Of a DNA stretch of 58,940 nucleotides, positions 19,511 through 29,362 are shown one piece after another. The notes beneath the pieces were generated by a model that saw only the letters and a program-made list of their open reading frames with translations, was not told the origin of the DNA and ran no database searches. Every line of letters begins with the position of its first letter. Positions within the stretch are counted from its first letter, which is position 1. The DNA lies in NCBI GenBank assembly GCA_039024555.1, contig JBCCQQ010000039.1, positions 1 through 58,940 on the forward strand, read 5' to 3'. The position numbers and the translations under genes are program-made. The DNA comes from Cyanobacteria bacterium P01_D01_bin.156 (GTDB taxonomy: Bacteria > Cyanobacteriota > Cyanobacteriia > Phormidesmidales > Phormidesmidaceae).

Positions 19511-21478
19511 ATGGTCTACTGCCTCAACTGCGATTATGACCAGAATCCTGCAAGTTACCGCTACTGCCAACAGTGCGGTAAGCCGTTGGCGCTCAGGGGA
19601 CGCTTCATTATTTTGCGCCAAATTGGTGAGGGTGGGTTTGGTAAAACTTATCTAGCAGAAGATCTGGACAATCGTCAGAAACCCTGTGTTGTTAAGCAGC
19701 TCGTGTACCAAGGTCAAAGTGCCTATGCTGAGCAAGAGGCCCAGCGTTTGTTTGAGCAAGAAGCAGAACGGTTAGACCAGCTGAGTGACCATCCTCAAAT
19801 TCCTCAACTGCTAGCTTATTTCGAAGATGGCCGTTATCTATATCTAGTACAAGAATTTATTGAGGGATACGACCTACAGCATGAGTTAATGCAGCAGGGG
19901 GCCTTTAGTGAAGCAAAGATTTGGGAATTCCTTCAGGAGCTGTTGCCCATTCTCCGATTTGTTCACGAACATAATGTGATTCATCGGGACCTAAAACTAG
20001 AGAATATAATGCGGAGCGATCGCAAGCTGATTCTGATCGACTTTGGTGTCGCCAAGTTTTTGGCAGAAACAAACTGCCAGGGTGGCACGGTGGTGGGTAC
20101 TCCAGGCTATGCACCACCTGAACAAATGCAAGGCAGAGTCAGCCCTGCTAGCGATCTCTTTAGCTTAGGGATAATTTGTTTTCATCTATTAACCCAGCAA
20201 AACATTTATCAGTTGTTTCAGGACCATAACTACACCTGGGTGAATCAATGGCAGCAGTATTTACAGCAGCCCATTAGCCAAAAGCTAATGCGTATTTTAG
20301 ATAGATTACTGACCCTGGACGAACGTGAGCGCTATATTACAGCGGACGCTGTCCTCTACGACATTAATCAAAATGCTCTAACTGCAGAAAGCAGTCCATC
20401 CGGTATGAGTCCTTTTGCCCAGACTATAGCTCCGCCAGAAAAAACAACTATCCAAAAAGGCTCAAGGTTGTCGCTGTCTGCGAATAAGCTATTCATCTCT
20501 CTGGCTATGGTTGGGGTTGTAGGTGCTGGTCTGTGGGTGTTTTTCCGACCGAGCACTCCAGTGGTCGAGCCACCAGTGCGGCCAGTGACGACAACGACTG
20601 AATCTGATGCCGTAAGTTTTGCTCAGGTAACCCAAGTGCCAGAAGGAATCTTTAACTATGGAGGAAGTACAACTTGGGCACCTATTCGAGGTTCGGTAGA
20701 TTTAGAAATCCAGACAGCAAGACCTGAATTCCGTTTGCAGTATATTCCGCCTGATGACAAAGAGCCGTCTAGCCAGGCAGGGTTAGAAATGCTTGTGGAA
20801 GGTAAAGTAGCTTTCTCGTTAGCGTCTCGTTTGCCTTCTAATGCATTAATGGAAGACCTAAAAGCTCAAGGGGTACAGATGCGATTAGTTCCGGTGGCCG
20901 AGAGTTTTGATGTTGTTGCTGTACATCCGGATTTACCGATCTCGCAACTAACAACTGACCAACTCAATGCCATTCTAGAAGGTACAGTTAGCAACTGGCG
21001 TCAGATTGAGGGTCCCGATTTACCGATTATCCGCTTAGATCGCGAGGTCAATGAAGACTTTGAAGATACTCGCCCCAATTTTGATGGTGATAATATTGAG
21101 ACTTTCCTCACTCCTTCCGAGGGAATTAGTCGATTAGCCATGACTCCAGGGGGCGTCTACATACATACAGCGGCTGTTCTAGTGCCACAATGTGCGGTGA
21201 AAGTCTTATCTTTAGTCAATGCTGCAGGGCAAGTTGTTGTGCCCTACAGAGAACCGGCAGTTCCTATTTCCCAATGTCCAACCCAAAGAAATAAGTTGAA
21301 TCTTGAAGAACTGGGCAGTGGAAAATACCCTCGTCAGCTGAGTGACACGCTCTATGTAGTGATTAATCAGAATGGTGGTCTAGAGCAACAAGCGGGTGAA
21401 GCCTACGCAAACTTTCTACTATCCTTCGAAGGACAAACTCTCCTAGAAAAAGCAGGCTATCTAGGCATTCGAAAATGA
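19511..21478 (+). CDS. Membrane Ser/Thr protein kinase with N-terminal Zn ribbon and C-terminal PstS-like substrate-binding domain
   Basis: CLNC/CQQC, GEGGFGKT, VVK, HRDLKLEN, DFG, GTPGYAPPEQ; TM at about aa 327-345; YGGSTTWAPI and GEAYANFLLSFEGQ of the PBP domain. Confidence 0.9.
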   Translation: MVYCLNCDYDQNPASYRYCQQCGKPLALRGRFIILRQIGEGGFGKTYLAEDLDNRQKPCVVKQLVYQGQSAYAEQEAQRLFEQEAERLDQLSDHPQIPQLLAYFEDGRYLYLVQEFIEGYDLQHELMQQGAFSEAKIWEFLQELLPILRFVHEHNVIHRDLKLENIMRSDRKLILIDFGVAKFLAETNCQGGTVVGTPGYAPPEQMQGRVSPASDLFSLGIICFHLLTQQNIYQLFQDHNYTWVNQWQQYLQQPISQKLMRILDRLLTLDERERYITADAVLYDINQNALTAESSPSGMSPFAQTIAPPEKTTIQKGSRLSLSANKLFISLAMVGVVGAGLWVFFRPSTPVVEPPVRPVTTTTESDAVSFAQVTQVPEGIFNYGGSTTWAPIRGSVDLEIQTARPEFRLQYIPPDDKEPSSQAGLEMLVEGKVAFSLASRLPSNALMEDLKAQGVQMRLVPVAESFDVVAVHPDLPISQLTTDQLNAILEGTVSNWRQIEGPDLPIIRLDREVNEDFEDTRPNFDGDNIETFLTPSEGISRLAMTPGGVYIHTAAVLVPQCAVKVLSLVNAAGQVVVPYREPAVPISQCPTQRNKLNLEELGSGKYPRQLSDTLYVVINQNGGLEQQAGEAYANFLLSFEGQTLLEKAGYLGIRK

Positions 21479-21521
21479 ACAGCTGACAAATAATTGTCTT
21501 TTGATAGATTGTTGTCTAGCT

Positions 21522-21950
21522 TTATAAGCTGTAGATAGAAAGTTCTGTAGCTAAGCGACTCAACCCTAAACCCCCTATTGAAAGAACAAAAATGACAATA
21601 AATGCAAAACTGTTACTAATATCTCGAATTAGGAGCTCCACCCGCAATAACAAAGCCGCAGCTAGCATTACGAGAAAATAAACAAAAATCTGTATCCATG
21701 ACACAATCACGACTGCCAAGGATGCCATAACTAGTGCCATGATTGTGTAGCCTAAATCTGATTGAAAGCCTAGTAGAAAAAAATTGCGTAGCGGTTTCCA
21801 CAAAAATGTGAGGCAAGCAGCTTCGATAGCGGCATGACCTAAACCCAACCACCACATGAGATCAGAGCTGTGGCGAGCATGTAAAAAAGCACCAAACCCC
21901 ATGTAGGCCAGTAATAACAGTAGTGCCGAAAGCCAGGGCAGTTTTTTCAT
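21522..21950 (-). CDS. Conserved hypothetical membrane protein
   Basis: Multi-TM ORF from ATG 21950 (MKKLPWLSALLLLLAY), 8 bp after the upstream stop. Confidence 0.7.
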   Translation of the reverse strand: MKKLPWLSALLLLLAYMGFGAFLHARHSSDLMWWLGLGHAAIEAACLTFLWKPLRNFFLLGFQSDLGYTIMALVMASLAVVIVSWIQIFVYFLVMLAAALLLRVELLIRDISNSFAFIVIFVLSIGGLGLSRLATELSIYSL

Positions 21951-21958
21951 TGTAGCCC

Positions 21959-22363
21959 TCACAAATTGGTAGAAATCGCCTGAACTGGGCAGGTGGGAAT
22001 ACATTGTTCGCACACAATGCACTGGGCACGGTTAAATACAAGCTTGAAACTTTCTGGGTCTAGCCGTAGCGCTCCGGTAGGACAAACACCGGTACACAGC
22101 CCACAGTGAACACATAGCTCCTCATCAATCAAAATTTCTCGACTCGATAGCGATACACCAATGCCCTGGTTGCGCATCCATTCGATGGCTTCGTCTAGTT
22201 GGTCAATATCCCCAGACAGCTCAATTACACCCTTGCCCACTTGGTTAGGGGCTACTTGGGCACGAATAATATTGGCGGCCACATTAAAGTCCTTGGCGAG
22301 CCGATAGGTGATGGGCATATTCACCGTCTGTTTTGGAAATGTCAGAGTAACGCGCTTTTTCAT
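21959..22363 (-). CDS. NIL domain / 4Fe-4S dicluster ferredoxin
   Basis: NIL domain (PITYRLAKDFNVAANIIRAQV) plus CVHCGLCTGVCP and CIVCEQCIPTCP. Confidence 0.92.
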   Translation of the reverse strand: MKKRVTLTFPKQTVNMPITYRLAKDFNVAANIIRAQVAPNQVGKGVIELSGDIDQLDEAIEWMRNQGIGVSLSSREILIDEELCVHCGLCTGVCPTGALRLDPESFKLVFNRAQCIVCEQCIPTCPVQAISTNL

Positions 22364-22415
22364 TCCGTTAGACTAAGGAAAAGGCTGCAAGGACGCCCGT
22401 GGGCGCTTTTTTATT

Positions 22416-22988
22416 ATGTCGGTTAATTCTACTGAATCTGCTGGTATGGCACAGCAAGTGAGAAATTTTGTGGTGATTTTGGTAGCTGTGGTGCTGAGTG
22501 TGGCCGTAGTGCTGGGCCTGCAAACCCGTACACCGTCAGCATCGTTGTCGGATATGGCAGAGGTGGCAGTACCATTTGACCAAGCGATCGCAAATGGTAA
22601 ACCCACGCTAGTCGAGTTCTACGCCAACTGGTGCACGAGCTGTCAGGCTATGGCCGGAGATCTGCAGCAGCTAAAAAATGAGTATCAGCAAGATGTCAAC
22701 TTCGTCATGCTGAATGTGGACAATAACAAGTGGCTCCCGGAAATGCTTCACTACCGTGTAGATGGCATTCCCCATTTTGTATTTTTGGATGACCAGGGCA
22801 AAGATGCCGGTGCGGCCATTGGTGAAATTCCACGCGCTGTCCTAGCAAGTAATTTAACGGCCCTAATGGCTGGAGAAATCCTGCCCTATGCCCAAGCGCA
22901 GGGAACAACATCGGAGGTAGATTCTGCCGTCGAAATCTCTGGTTCTTCGGATGACCCCCGCAGCCATGGCGCACAGGTCGTCGAGTAG
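22416..22988 (+). CDS. txlA: Membrane-anchored thioredoxin-like protein (TxlA/HCF164 type)
   Basis: N-terminal TM, VEFYANWCTSC, NFVMLNVDN, VDGIPHF, C-terminal DPRSHG. Confidence 0.85.
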   Translation: MSVNSTESAGMAQQVRNFVVILVAVVLSVAVVLGLQTRTPSASLSDMAEVAVPFDQAIANGKPTLVEFYANWCTSCQAMAGDLQQLKNEYQQDVNFVMLNVDNNKWLPEMLHYRVDGIPHFVFLDDQGKDAGAAIGEIPRAVLASNLTALMAGEILPYAQAQGTTSEVDSAVEISGSSDDPRSHGAQVVE

Positions 22989-23007
22989 GGGCCATCGGCC
23001 GCTTCCC

Positions 23008-23931
23008 CTACTCGACGACGATTTCTCGTAGAGCAGGCTCTACCTTGGGATAGGTATAGGAAAAACCAGTGGACTGAGTACGCTCGGGTAACACCTTTTG
23101 GCCTTCTAGAACGACAACAGCGCCATCACCCAGTAGAGTTTCAATTACAAAATCAGGTACCGGTAGCCATGAAGGACGGTTCATTACTTTGCCTAGGGTG
23201 TCGCATAGCTCTGTCATACGTACAGGGTGGGGAGCCGTCCCGTTATAAATTCCCTTCATGGTTTCGTCGGTTAGGCCCTTGATAAACAAGCTAACCAAAT
23301 CATCTCGGTGTACCCAGGAAAACCATTGCTTGCCACTCCCGATGGGACCACCTGCATATAACCGGAAAGGGGTTAACATTTTTGCGATCGCTCCCCCCAT
23401 TCCTAGAACAATACCAATGCGAATAGTGACTAACCGAGTGCCGTAGGTAGTCACCTTATCTGCAGCAGCTTCCCAGCGTTTACAGACCTGAGCTAAAAAA
23501 TCCTCTTTAATTGGCTCACTAGTCTCGTAAAACTCAGCCGTTTCGCTAGTGCCGTAAAAACCAATTGCAGATGCACTAACCAGTACCTTAGGCTTGACGT
23601 CTGCTTTACCAATGGCCTCCACTAGCTTCTCTGTGCCAATCACACGGCTGTTCATAATTTCCTGCTTGCGTTCAGAAGTCCAACGCTCGGAAATGGGCTC
23701 CCCCGCAAGGTTAATCACCCCGTCACAGCCGGAAACCTCAGCTTGCCAGTCACCGGATTCCTGGGGATTGTATCCAACTACATTAACCTTTGGAAATGCA
23801 GATTTTGGGAATACTTTTCTTGCCCGCTCAGGGTTACGTGCTAAGACCTTAACTTGGTGACCCTCGTCTTGAAGCCGCTGCACCAGGCGCGATCCCACAA
23901 ATCCCGTTGCCCCAGTCACTGCCACTTGCAT
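23008..23931 (-). CDS. TIGR01777 family epimerase/oxidoreductase (ThyD-like)
   Basis: VAVTGATGFVG, INLAGEPI, SASAIGFYG, GGPIGSGKQWFSWVHRDD, VLEGQKVLP. Confidence 0.9.
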   Translation of the reverse strand: MQVAVTGATGFVGSRLVQRLQDEGHQVKVLARNPERARKVFPKSAFPKVNVVGYNPQESGDWQAEVSGCDGVINLAGEPISERWTSERKQEIMNSRVIGTEKLVEAIGKADVKPKVLVSASAIGFYGTSETAEFYETSEPIKEDFLAQVCKRWEAAADKVTTYGTRLVTIRIGIVLGMGGAIAKMLTPFRLYAGGPIGSGKQWFSWVHRDDLVSLFIKGLTDETMKGIYNGTAPHPVRMTELCDTLGKVMNRPSWLPVPDFVIETLLGDGAVVVLEGQKVLPERTQSTGFSYTYPKVEPALREIVVE

Positions 23932-24042
23932 GATCAACCACTCCCCAAAATCGGCTACACAGCTGGTTTTTCTTTCATGGTAGCAGTAAGCGGTAAATCA
24001 CCCGCCAACCAAGGACCTAGCAAGGTTTAACGACTGACGTAA

Positions 24043-24600
24043 TCAACGACTACTCATTGAGCGGCCCAAGACAAGCACCCAATAGTGGCCATAGCTGGTT
24101 CCAGTATCGCTGAAGTAGCCTATGCCAGCCTCAGAAAAATCAGGATTCAGCATATTCTCTCGATGGCCCTGACTATTCATCCACTGTTCAAATGTTCCAG
24201 CCGCTGATTCACTTCCAGCCGCGATGTTTTCACCGACGGTCTGATAAAAATAATTCTCACGCTCCACTCGTTCAGCCACATTTGAACCATCTGAACCGGT
24301 ATGACTTACTAGTCCATTATTTTGAAAAATCACATCCTCAATGTGCTTTTGGGCTGCATCATTTAATTGAGTTGAAGTGGATAAAGCTTCCAGTCCGAGT
24401 TCTTGTCTAGCCTCATTAATCAGAACCAGCATTTCTTCTCGATGCTGTATTAATTGGATGTCGCTATCTGTAGTTGATATAGCAGCTGTAGGTTTACTAT
24501 TAGTAGGTTCCACCGTTTGGCTTTGTGTAGAACCAGGAGCAATAAATCCAATAATTGTGAGTGTGGCTAAAGCAACTTTTAACACGTTATTGACCTTCAC
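24043..24600 (-). CDS. Secreted CAP (SCP) domain protein
   Basis: Signal peptide; LINEAR, AAQKH, SHTGSDGS, GENIAAG, WMNSQGHRENML, GIGY, YWVLVLG. Confidence 0.9.
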   Translation of the reverse strand: MKVNNVLKVALATLTIIGFIAPGSTQSQTVEPTNSKPTAAISTTDSDIQLIQHREEMLVLINEARQELGLEALSTSTQLNDAAQKHIEDVIFQNNGLVSHTGSDGSNVAERVERENYFYQTVGENIAAGSESAAGTFEQWMNSQGHRENMLNPDFSEAGIGYFSDTGTSYGHYWVLVLGRSMSSR

Positions 24601-24708
24601 CTACTGAGATATTCAGCATATATGCGATCACGCTACAGTCTAACTACATGGACTAGACTCAGAAGCAATAGGTTTCGTGAGTGTCACATGGATACCCAAC
24701 AGGTTTGC

Positions 24709-26184
24709 TTATTGAGGGTCTACTGATACCAGAAATGTGAACCCTTCTGAAACGTTAGTCAATTTGATTGAGATGACATTATCCTCAACTAATACACGTT
24801 CTTCGTGATCATTACTCTTTAACTGCATAGCAACAGTATTAGCAAGCTTACCTTGCCAGTCATAATCAGGGATAAGCTCGGTAAGAAATCCTACGCCGTA
24901 AATGTTTAATGTTTCTAGCGCATGCTTTCTACCAATCACAATCGACATAGTTGCCTTGGTTAACGTGTCTGTTAGACCATAAAGCTCGACGTTAGCTAGC
25001 TCATCTGAAGAGTTGCCAATGAGTCTGGGTGTTCCGTCGGTCAGAGGTGCATTTTCAAAGGCAAACCCCTTGCCAAGGTCATTAAGTCTACTGAGCATAT
25101 TGATTTTACTAGCGCCAATATTAGGCTGTAGTGTAATGCTTTGTTCTTGAGCGTATCTAAAATTTCGCCAGTACTCTTGAGCCTTTTCCTGAGCCGTTTC
25201 GTAATTTTGATCTGATTTTGGAACAAGCTGCATCAGTGAAACAGCTCTGTTCCATGCACTAGCTGCATCATTCCAATCGGTGTAGCTAGTCGCTGTTTTT
25301 GATTGATCAACAGCGGTTAGTGCTTGTTTAATCGCACTCTGATAGGAATTGTCAATCGGCAGTGTTGGTGCTTGGTTAGATGTATCGGGCTGAATGGTCT
25401 GTTCCTGGAGAGTAAAGGGATCACTCTCTTCTAAGTCAGATATCGCTGTGGTGTCATCAGAAGCTGGTAATACCGGAGTCTTTGTAGAGACTATAATGTT
25501 ATTTCTTCTGAGTAAATTCCAGAATGTTATACCACTTACAGCCAGAAGAGTTAATCCAAAACTTATGTGCAAAAAATGATTGCGTTGTTGGCTGGAGATT
25601 GTTTTGTAGGAGACACGCTTTGATTTTTGCCTTGGCTTTGTGGGATGTAGACTGATAGCGTCTGTTTCGCCTTTATAGTAGGTTTGACGTTTCTTGACCG
25701 CTGTATTGGTAAGGGCAAGCGTTGACTCGATGTGTTGCGGCGTTAGAGTTGTCGTACTAGCTTTGGTTTGGTCAGAGTTGTGGTGTTGATGAACTGTCTT
25801 TTGCTGAAGCTCACGCTGCAGTTTTTGTCTTTGCTGTGGTGTGTGTGAAGCCGGAATATTAGCTGCTTTGGGATTTTTGTGGTGGGTAAGTTTCCATTGG
25901 GCAGACCATAGTGTCTGTTTTGCGCTTTGAGCTTTGACGAATACAGCTTTAAATCCTTGGGGATTAATCTTTCTAAGCCCATTTCTGATGAGCTTTGCAA
26001 TTTTTCGATCTGGTTCAGCTCCTTCAGAGGTGCTGAGGATGACTTTTAGGATAGAACCAGTATTGCTAACACGTACATTTACCCCTTTGGGATGAAATGA
26101 CTTGTTCATCATGGTCTCAAGAGCTTTGATGTCACCATCTTTAGCTGCTTGTAAGAAGCTAGACATGCCATGTACCAGTACCAC
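24709..26184 (-). CDS. Hypothetical single-pass membrane protein
   Basis: N-terminal 'AAKDGDIKAL...KGVNVRV' module, one TM (about aa 203-224), helical 'DW..AASAW..AV.LM..VP...Y..AQ.K..EY..N..YA' segment seen in cyanobacterial hypotheticals. Confidence 0.7.
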   Translation of the reverse strand: MVLVHGMSSFLQAAKDGDIKALETMMNKSFHPKGVNVRVSNTGSILKVILSTSEGAEPDRKIAKLIRNGLRKINPQGFKAVFVKAQSAKQTLWSAQWKLTHHKNPKAANIPASHTPQQRQKLQRELQQKTVHQHHNSDQTKASTTTLTPQHIESTLALTNTAVKKRQTYYKGETDAISLHPTKPRQKSKRVSYKTISSQQRNHFLHISFGLTLLAVSGITFWNLLRRNNIIVSTKTPVLPASDDTTAISDLEESDPFTLQEQTIQPDTSNQAPTLPIDNSYQSAIKQALTAVDQSKTATSYTDWNDAASAWNRAVSLMQLVPKSDQNYETAQEKAQEYWRNFRYAQEQSITLQPNIGASKINMLSRLNDLGKGFAFENAPLTDGTPRLIGNSSDELANVELYGLTDTLTKATMSIVIGRKHALETLNIYGVGFLTELIPDYDWQGKLANTVAMQLKSNDHEERVLVEDNVISIKLTNVSEGFTFLVSVDPQ

Positions 26185-26290
26185 CTTGATACATATACGG
26201 CATGAAAAGCTTGCTTCGGTAATAATGGTGAATCTACACAGCAGACTAAATATTTAGGTTACGTAGTTTGATAGTTCAAAGCCTTTGGGG

Positions 26291-27739
26291 TTAAGCCCAT
26301 ACCATCCAGAAGAGGAAGGTTAACATCAAACTCATAACGCCAATTAGATGATCAAATTGTTCTGGTATGCGGGATATTTTGAGCGATATTTTTTGAAAAA
26401 TCAGGTGATAAGCTAACCAACCTGCTGCGATAGTGATCAGAGGCTTAATGATATTTTTTAGAGTATAGGCCTCATAGTAAAAGCTGTTGGCCAGGACTAA
26501 CCCACTCAATAGAATCGCAACAGATGACCAGAAGCCCTTTTTGAGGTTGTCTGTGGGTAGTTCAGAGCTGTAGGGCAAGAAGATAAACTTTGCAAATGAG
26601 ATGGCAGTGCCCAAGGCTGCAATATTCATACCGATGACTTGCCACGGAACTAGGTTCTTTGAAGTGAGAACCTTGGCGCCAAAACCGGCAAGAAGTGGAA
26701 ATCCTGAAATAGAAAAGCTTGCGATCGCAAGCGCTACCCAAACCGACATGGGTATTGCCTTTTCTTTTAGAACCTTGATATCACGGCTGGGTAAATTGCC
26801 CGCAATCAGAAACAGGGCAGATTTCACTAAACCGTGGGTAAGGGCATAAAAGCCACCGACAACCGGTGCTGCCAGGATAAACCCCAGCTGCGAAATGGTA
26901 TGAAAGGCCAAAATACGCTTACTATCTTTGGCAAAAACAGCGTAGCTAACGCCCAGTAGCGCCGTACTCACACCAAAGAACCGCACAATCGGATCAACCT
27001 CAGGCACCATGAGGGCAAATCGCACTAATGGATAAACTCCAGTTTTAACCACCACACCCGATAACAGAGCAGAGATAGGCGTTTCGGATTCTGAATGAGT
27101 TAGCGGTAACCATAACCCCGAAACAAATATGCCGCCTTTACTCAAAAGACCTAGAAAAATAAGAGCAATGGCTTCTGAGGGAGCTTTTTCCAGTCCCTCA
27201 AACGCAAATGAGTTACTAGATTGGTATACCAGTACTGCACCAATCAGGTAAAACAGCATGGCTGTATTACTGATGAACAGATAACGCAACCCTATCCAGA
27301 TCGAACGTTCGGTACGAGGATAGGAAACCAACAAGAATACAGCGATACTAATAACTTCTAAAGCTACATAAACGCTAATGAGATCTGAACTGACAAATAC
27401 AGCGTTAACACTGCCGTGCAGAATAATGGCTTGAGTATAGAAAAATGCGCTTTTGTCGCTTTGCCAGCAGTAGAGGATAACGGCTGCGGTGACGATGGCA
27501 TTTGTGAGAATAAAGAATCCGCTTAAATCGTCAATGAGCAGGCTAACGCCAAAATTATCTAATAGCTGTAGATTTAAAGGCTCTGGATTTAGCACATGCC
27601 ATAGACCATAGGCTAGGGAAAGCAAGGAAATAGCAATGGCCAGAATCCGATCTAACTTGGGTAGTAGATAAATGCTAAAGCCTACAAATAAAGGCAGGAC
27701 AATCCAAATTAAGGTCAGACTTGCATGGTCTATGGTCAT
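26291..27739 (-). CDS. Mrp-type cation:H+ antiporter subunit D-like protein
   Basis: Multi-TM proton_antipo_M pattern: DLISVYVALEV, GLWLPLTHSESETPISALLSGVVVK, KRILAFHTISQLGF, THGLVKSALFL. Start ATG 27739. Confidence 0.85.
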   Translation of the reverse strand: MTIDHASLTLIWIVLPLFVGFSIYLLPKLDRILAIAISLLSLAYGLWHVLNPEPLNLQLLDNFGVSLLIDDLSGFFILTNAIVTAAVILYCWQSDKSAFFYTQAIILHGSVNAVFVSSDLISVYVALEVISIAVFLLVSYPRTERSIWIGLRYLFISNTAMLFYLIGAVLVYQSSNSFAFEGLEKAPSEAIALIFLGLLSKGGIFVSGLWLPLTHSESETPISALLSGVVVKTGVYPLVRFALMVPEVDPIVRFFGVSTALLGVSYAVFAKDSKRILAFHTISQLGFILAAPVVGGFYALTHGLVKSALFLIAGNLPSRDIKVLKEKAIPMSVWVALAIASFSISGFPLLAGFGAKVLTSKNLVPWQVIGMNIAALGTAISFAKFIFLPYSSELPTDNLKKGFWSSVAILLSGLVLANSFYYEAYTLKNIIKPLITIAAGWLAYHLIFQKISLKISRIPEQFDHLIGVMSLMLTFLFWMVWA

Positions 27740-28315
27740 TTTTTCCCTCAAGACATCCTAATTTAGGAATAGCACGACCTGAGTCAGAGAAAGGTATTGA
27801 TGTGAAAAAATAGGGTTTTGCTGCCTGCACTTTTGGTTGGCTTATGCAATTGAGAGACGATCTAGGAATAGCCTGGAGGGAAAAATTTTCTAATGCGGCG
27901 TATTGTGTACTGTGAAAATCTAGGTTAGTTCTGCTCTAAAGGTTTTGGGAATCTATCCAGTACAGAGTGAGTTCATTGTAAATAACTTTGTTTGGTGAAA
28001 CCTTGTAGGTATGTTCTCAGGTAGAAGCCTGTCTGCTCATCAGCGTGATGTCCATAAGATTAAGGCATTTTATTTAACGCTGGCTTGAGGGACGGCCAAG
28101 CAAACTATTTTTCATCACTCTCCTTGATAAAAATCTCTCTAAAAAGTTGTTATTCTGCAGAGATTTCTAGATTTTTGACTTGATTTCCTGAGATCTTACA
28201 TGTGTTTACTCTTATGAATGTAAGCAGCTAGGTATAGAAAGCAAGGAACCTTGCCGATGATCCTTGAACTCAAAAATAGTTTCCTAGTGAAAAATCTCTT
28301 CTCTTGATAGAAAAG

Positions 28316-29044
28316 TTAAGCACTTAGAGGAGCAGGATTTATATCGGGATCAAAGTTGGGTGCAATCCAGTCAAAATCAATTTCGTTTAGGTAATCTACG
28401 GCCCAAATAGCACAGCGCTGGATCATGTGATAAGGATAAACCTGAGCGACCCCTACTACTGGAATGCCAGCTGCTTTTGCTGCCGCGATACCAGCAAAGG
28501 ATGCTTCGATGGCTAAACAGTTTTGTGGAGTAAGGGCCAGTGTGGGATATTTACGATTTAGCTGATCAATAGCGGCTAGATAGCTATCAGGGGCTGGCTT
28601 GCTCGCTGCTACTGGCATATCGCTAGCAGAGACGATGAGGGAAAATTGATCCGTCAGTTTTGTGGCATCTAGCACCAGTTCTACGTCAGCTCGCTGGGCA
28701 CCGGTCACAATAGCTGCCGTGTATTGCTTGGTACGGATACGGTAGAGTAAATCCTCAAGACCTGGGTAGAGTGCTAATGTGTTTTTCTCCTGAATCCATG
28801 CCTGATATCCCTGGGATTTTTTCAACAGTAAATTGTTGAGGTAGCTATCTTGAACAAAGCGACCTCGCTGTTGCAGGATTGTCGTAAGCCGAGCGCGATC
28901 GCTACCGCCTAGGCACACCTCCTTATATTCATTTGGATCAAACCGTAGGTTCTCGGCCAGTAATAGTTCAGCGATGAGCTTGGGATGGATATCGTCATCA
29001 TTGATGATGACACCGTGAAAACCAAAGAAAATAGCTTTGAGCAT
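28316..29044 (-). CDS. HAD-superfamily hydrolase-like protein
   Basis: LKAIFFGFHGVIIND (motif I, with the catalytic Asp positions altered), AIVTGA, SKPAPDSY, CLAIEASFAGIAAAKAAG. Confidence 0.8.
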   Translation of the reverse strand: MLKAIFFGFHGVIINDDDIHPKLIAELLLAENLRFDPNEYKEVCLGGSDRARLTTILQQRGRFVQDSYLNNLLLKKSQGYQAWIQEKNTLALYPGLEDLLYRIRTKQYTAAIVTGAQRADVELVLDATKLTDQFSLIVSASDMPVAASKPAPDSYLAAIDQLNRKYPTLALTPQNCLAIEASFAGIAAAKAAGIPVVGVAQVYPYHMIQRCAIWAVDYLNEIDFDWIAPNFDPDINPAPLSA

Positions 29045-29362
29045 TGTGCCAAATAACAAAGGTAGAGATTGAACTATCTTCCTTAGAAAGAGGGAGTTAA
29101 TGTTCTAAACTGCGGCACGCAAACATTCATGAAGACGTCCGTAGTTTAGAAAAACGCTGTGCCAATAACGCTTTAGTATTAAATATTACCCCTTAGGGAA
29201 GTCCTAGAAAATTTGAGAAACTGCAAATTTTCGCATTGCTGGTTGGGAAGATAGAGCGTTCTAGTCAGTTGCCTTTTTCGGGCAGCGTTTTTCTAAAACT
29301 GGTAGTACTGATTTTCTAAGGGACTGTGCACACATCTGGTTCATCCATTTAGGTTTGTAGCT

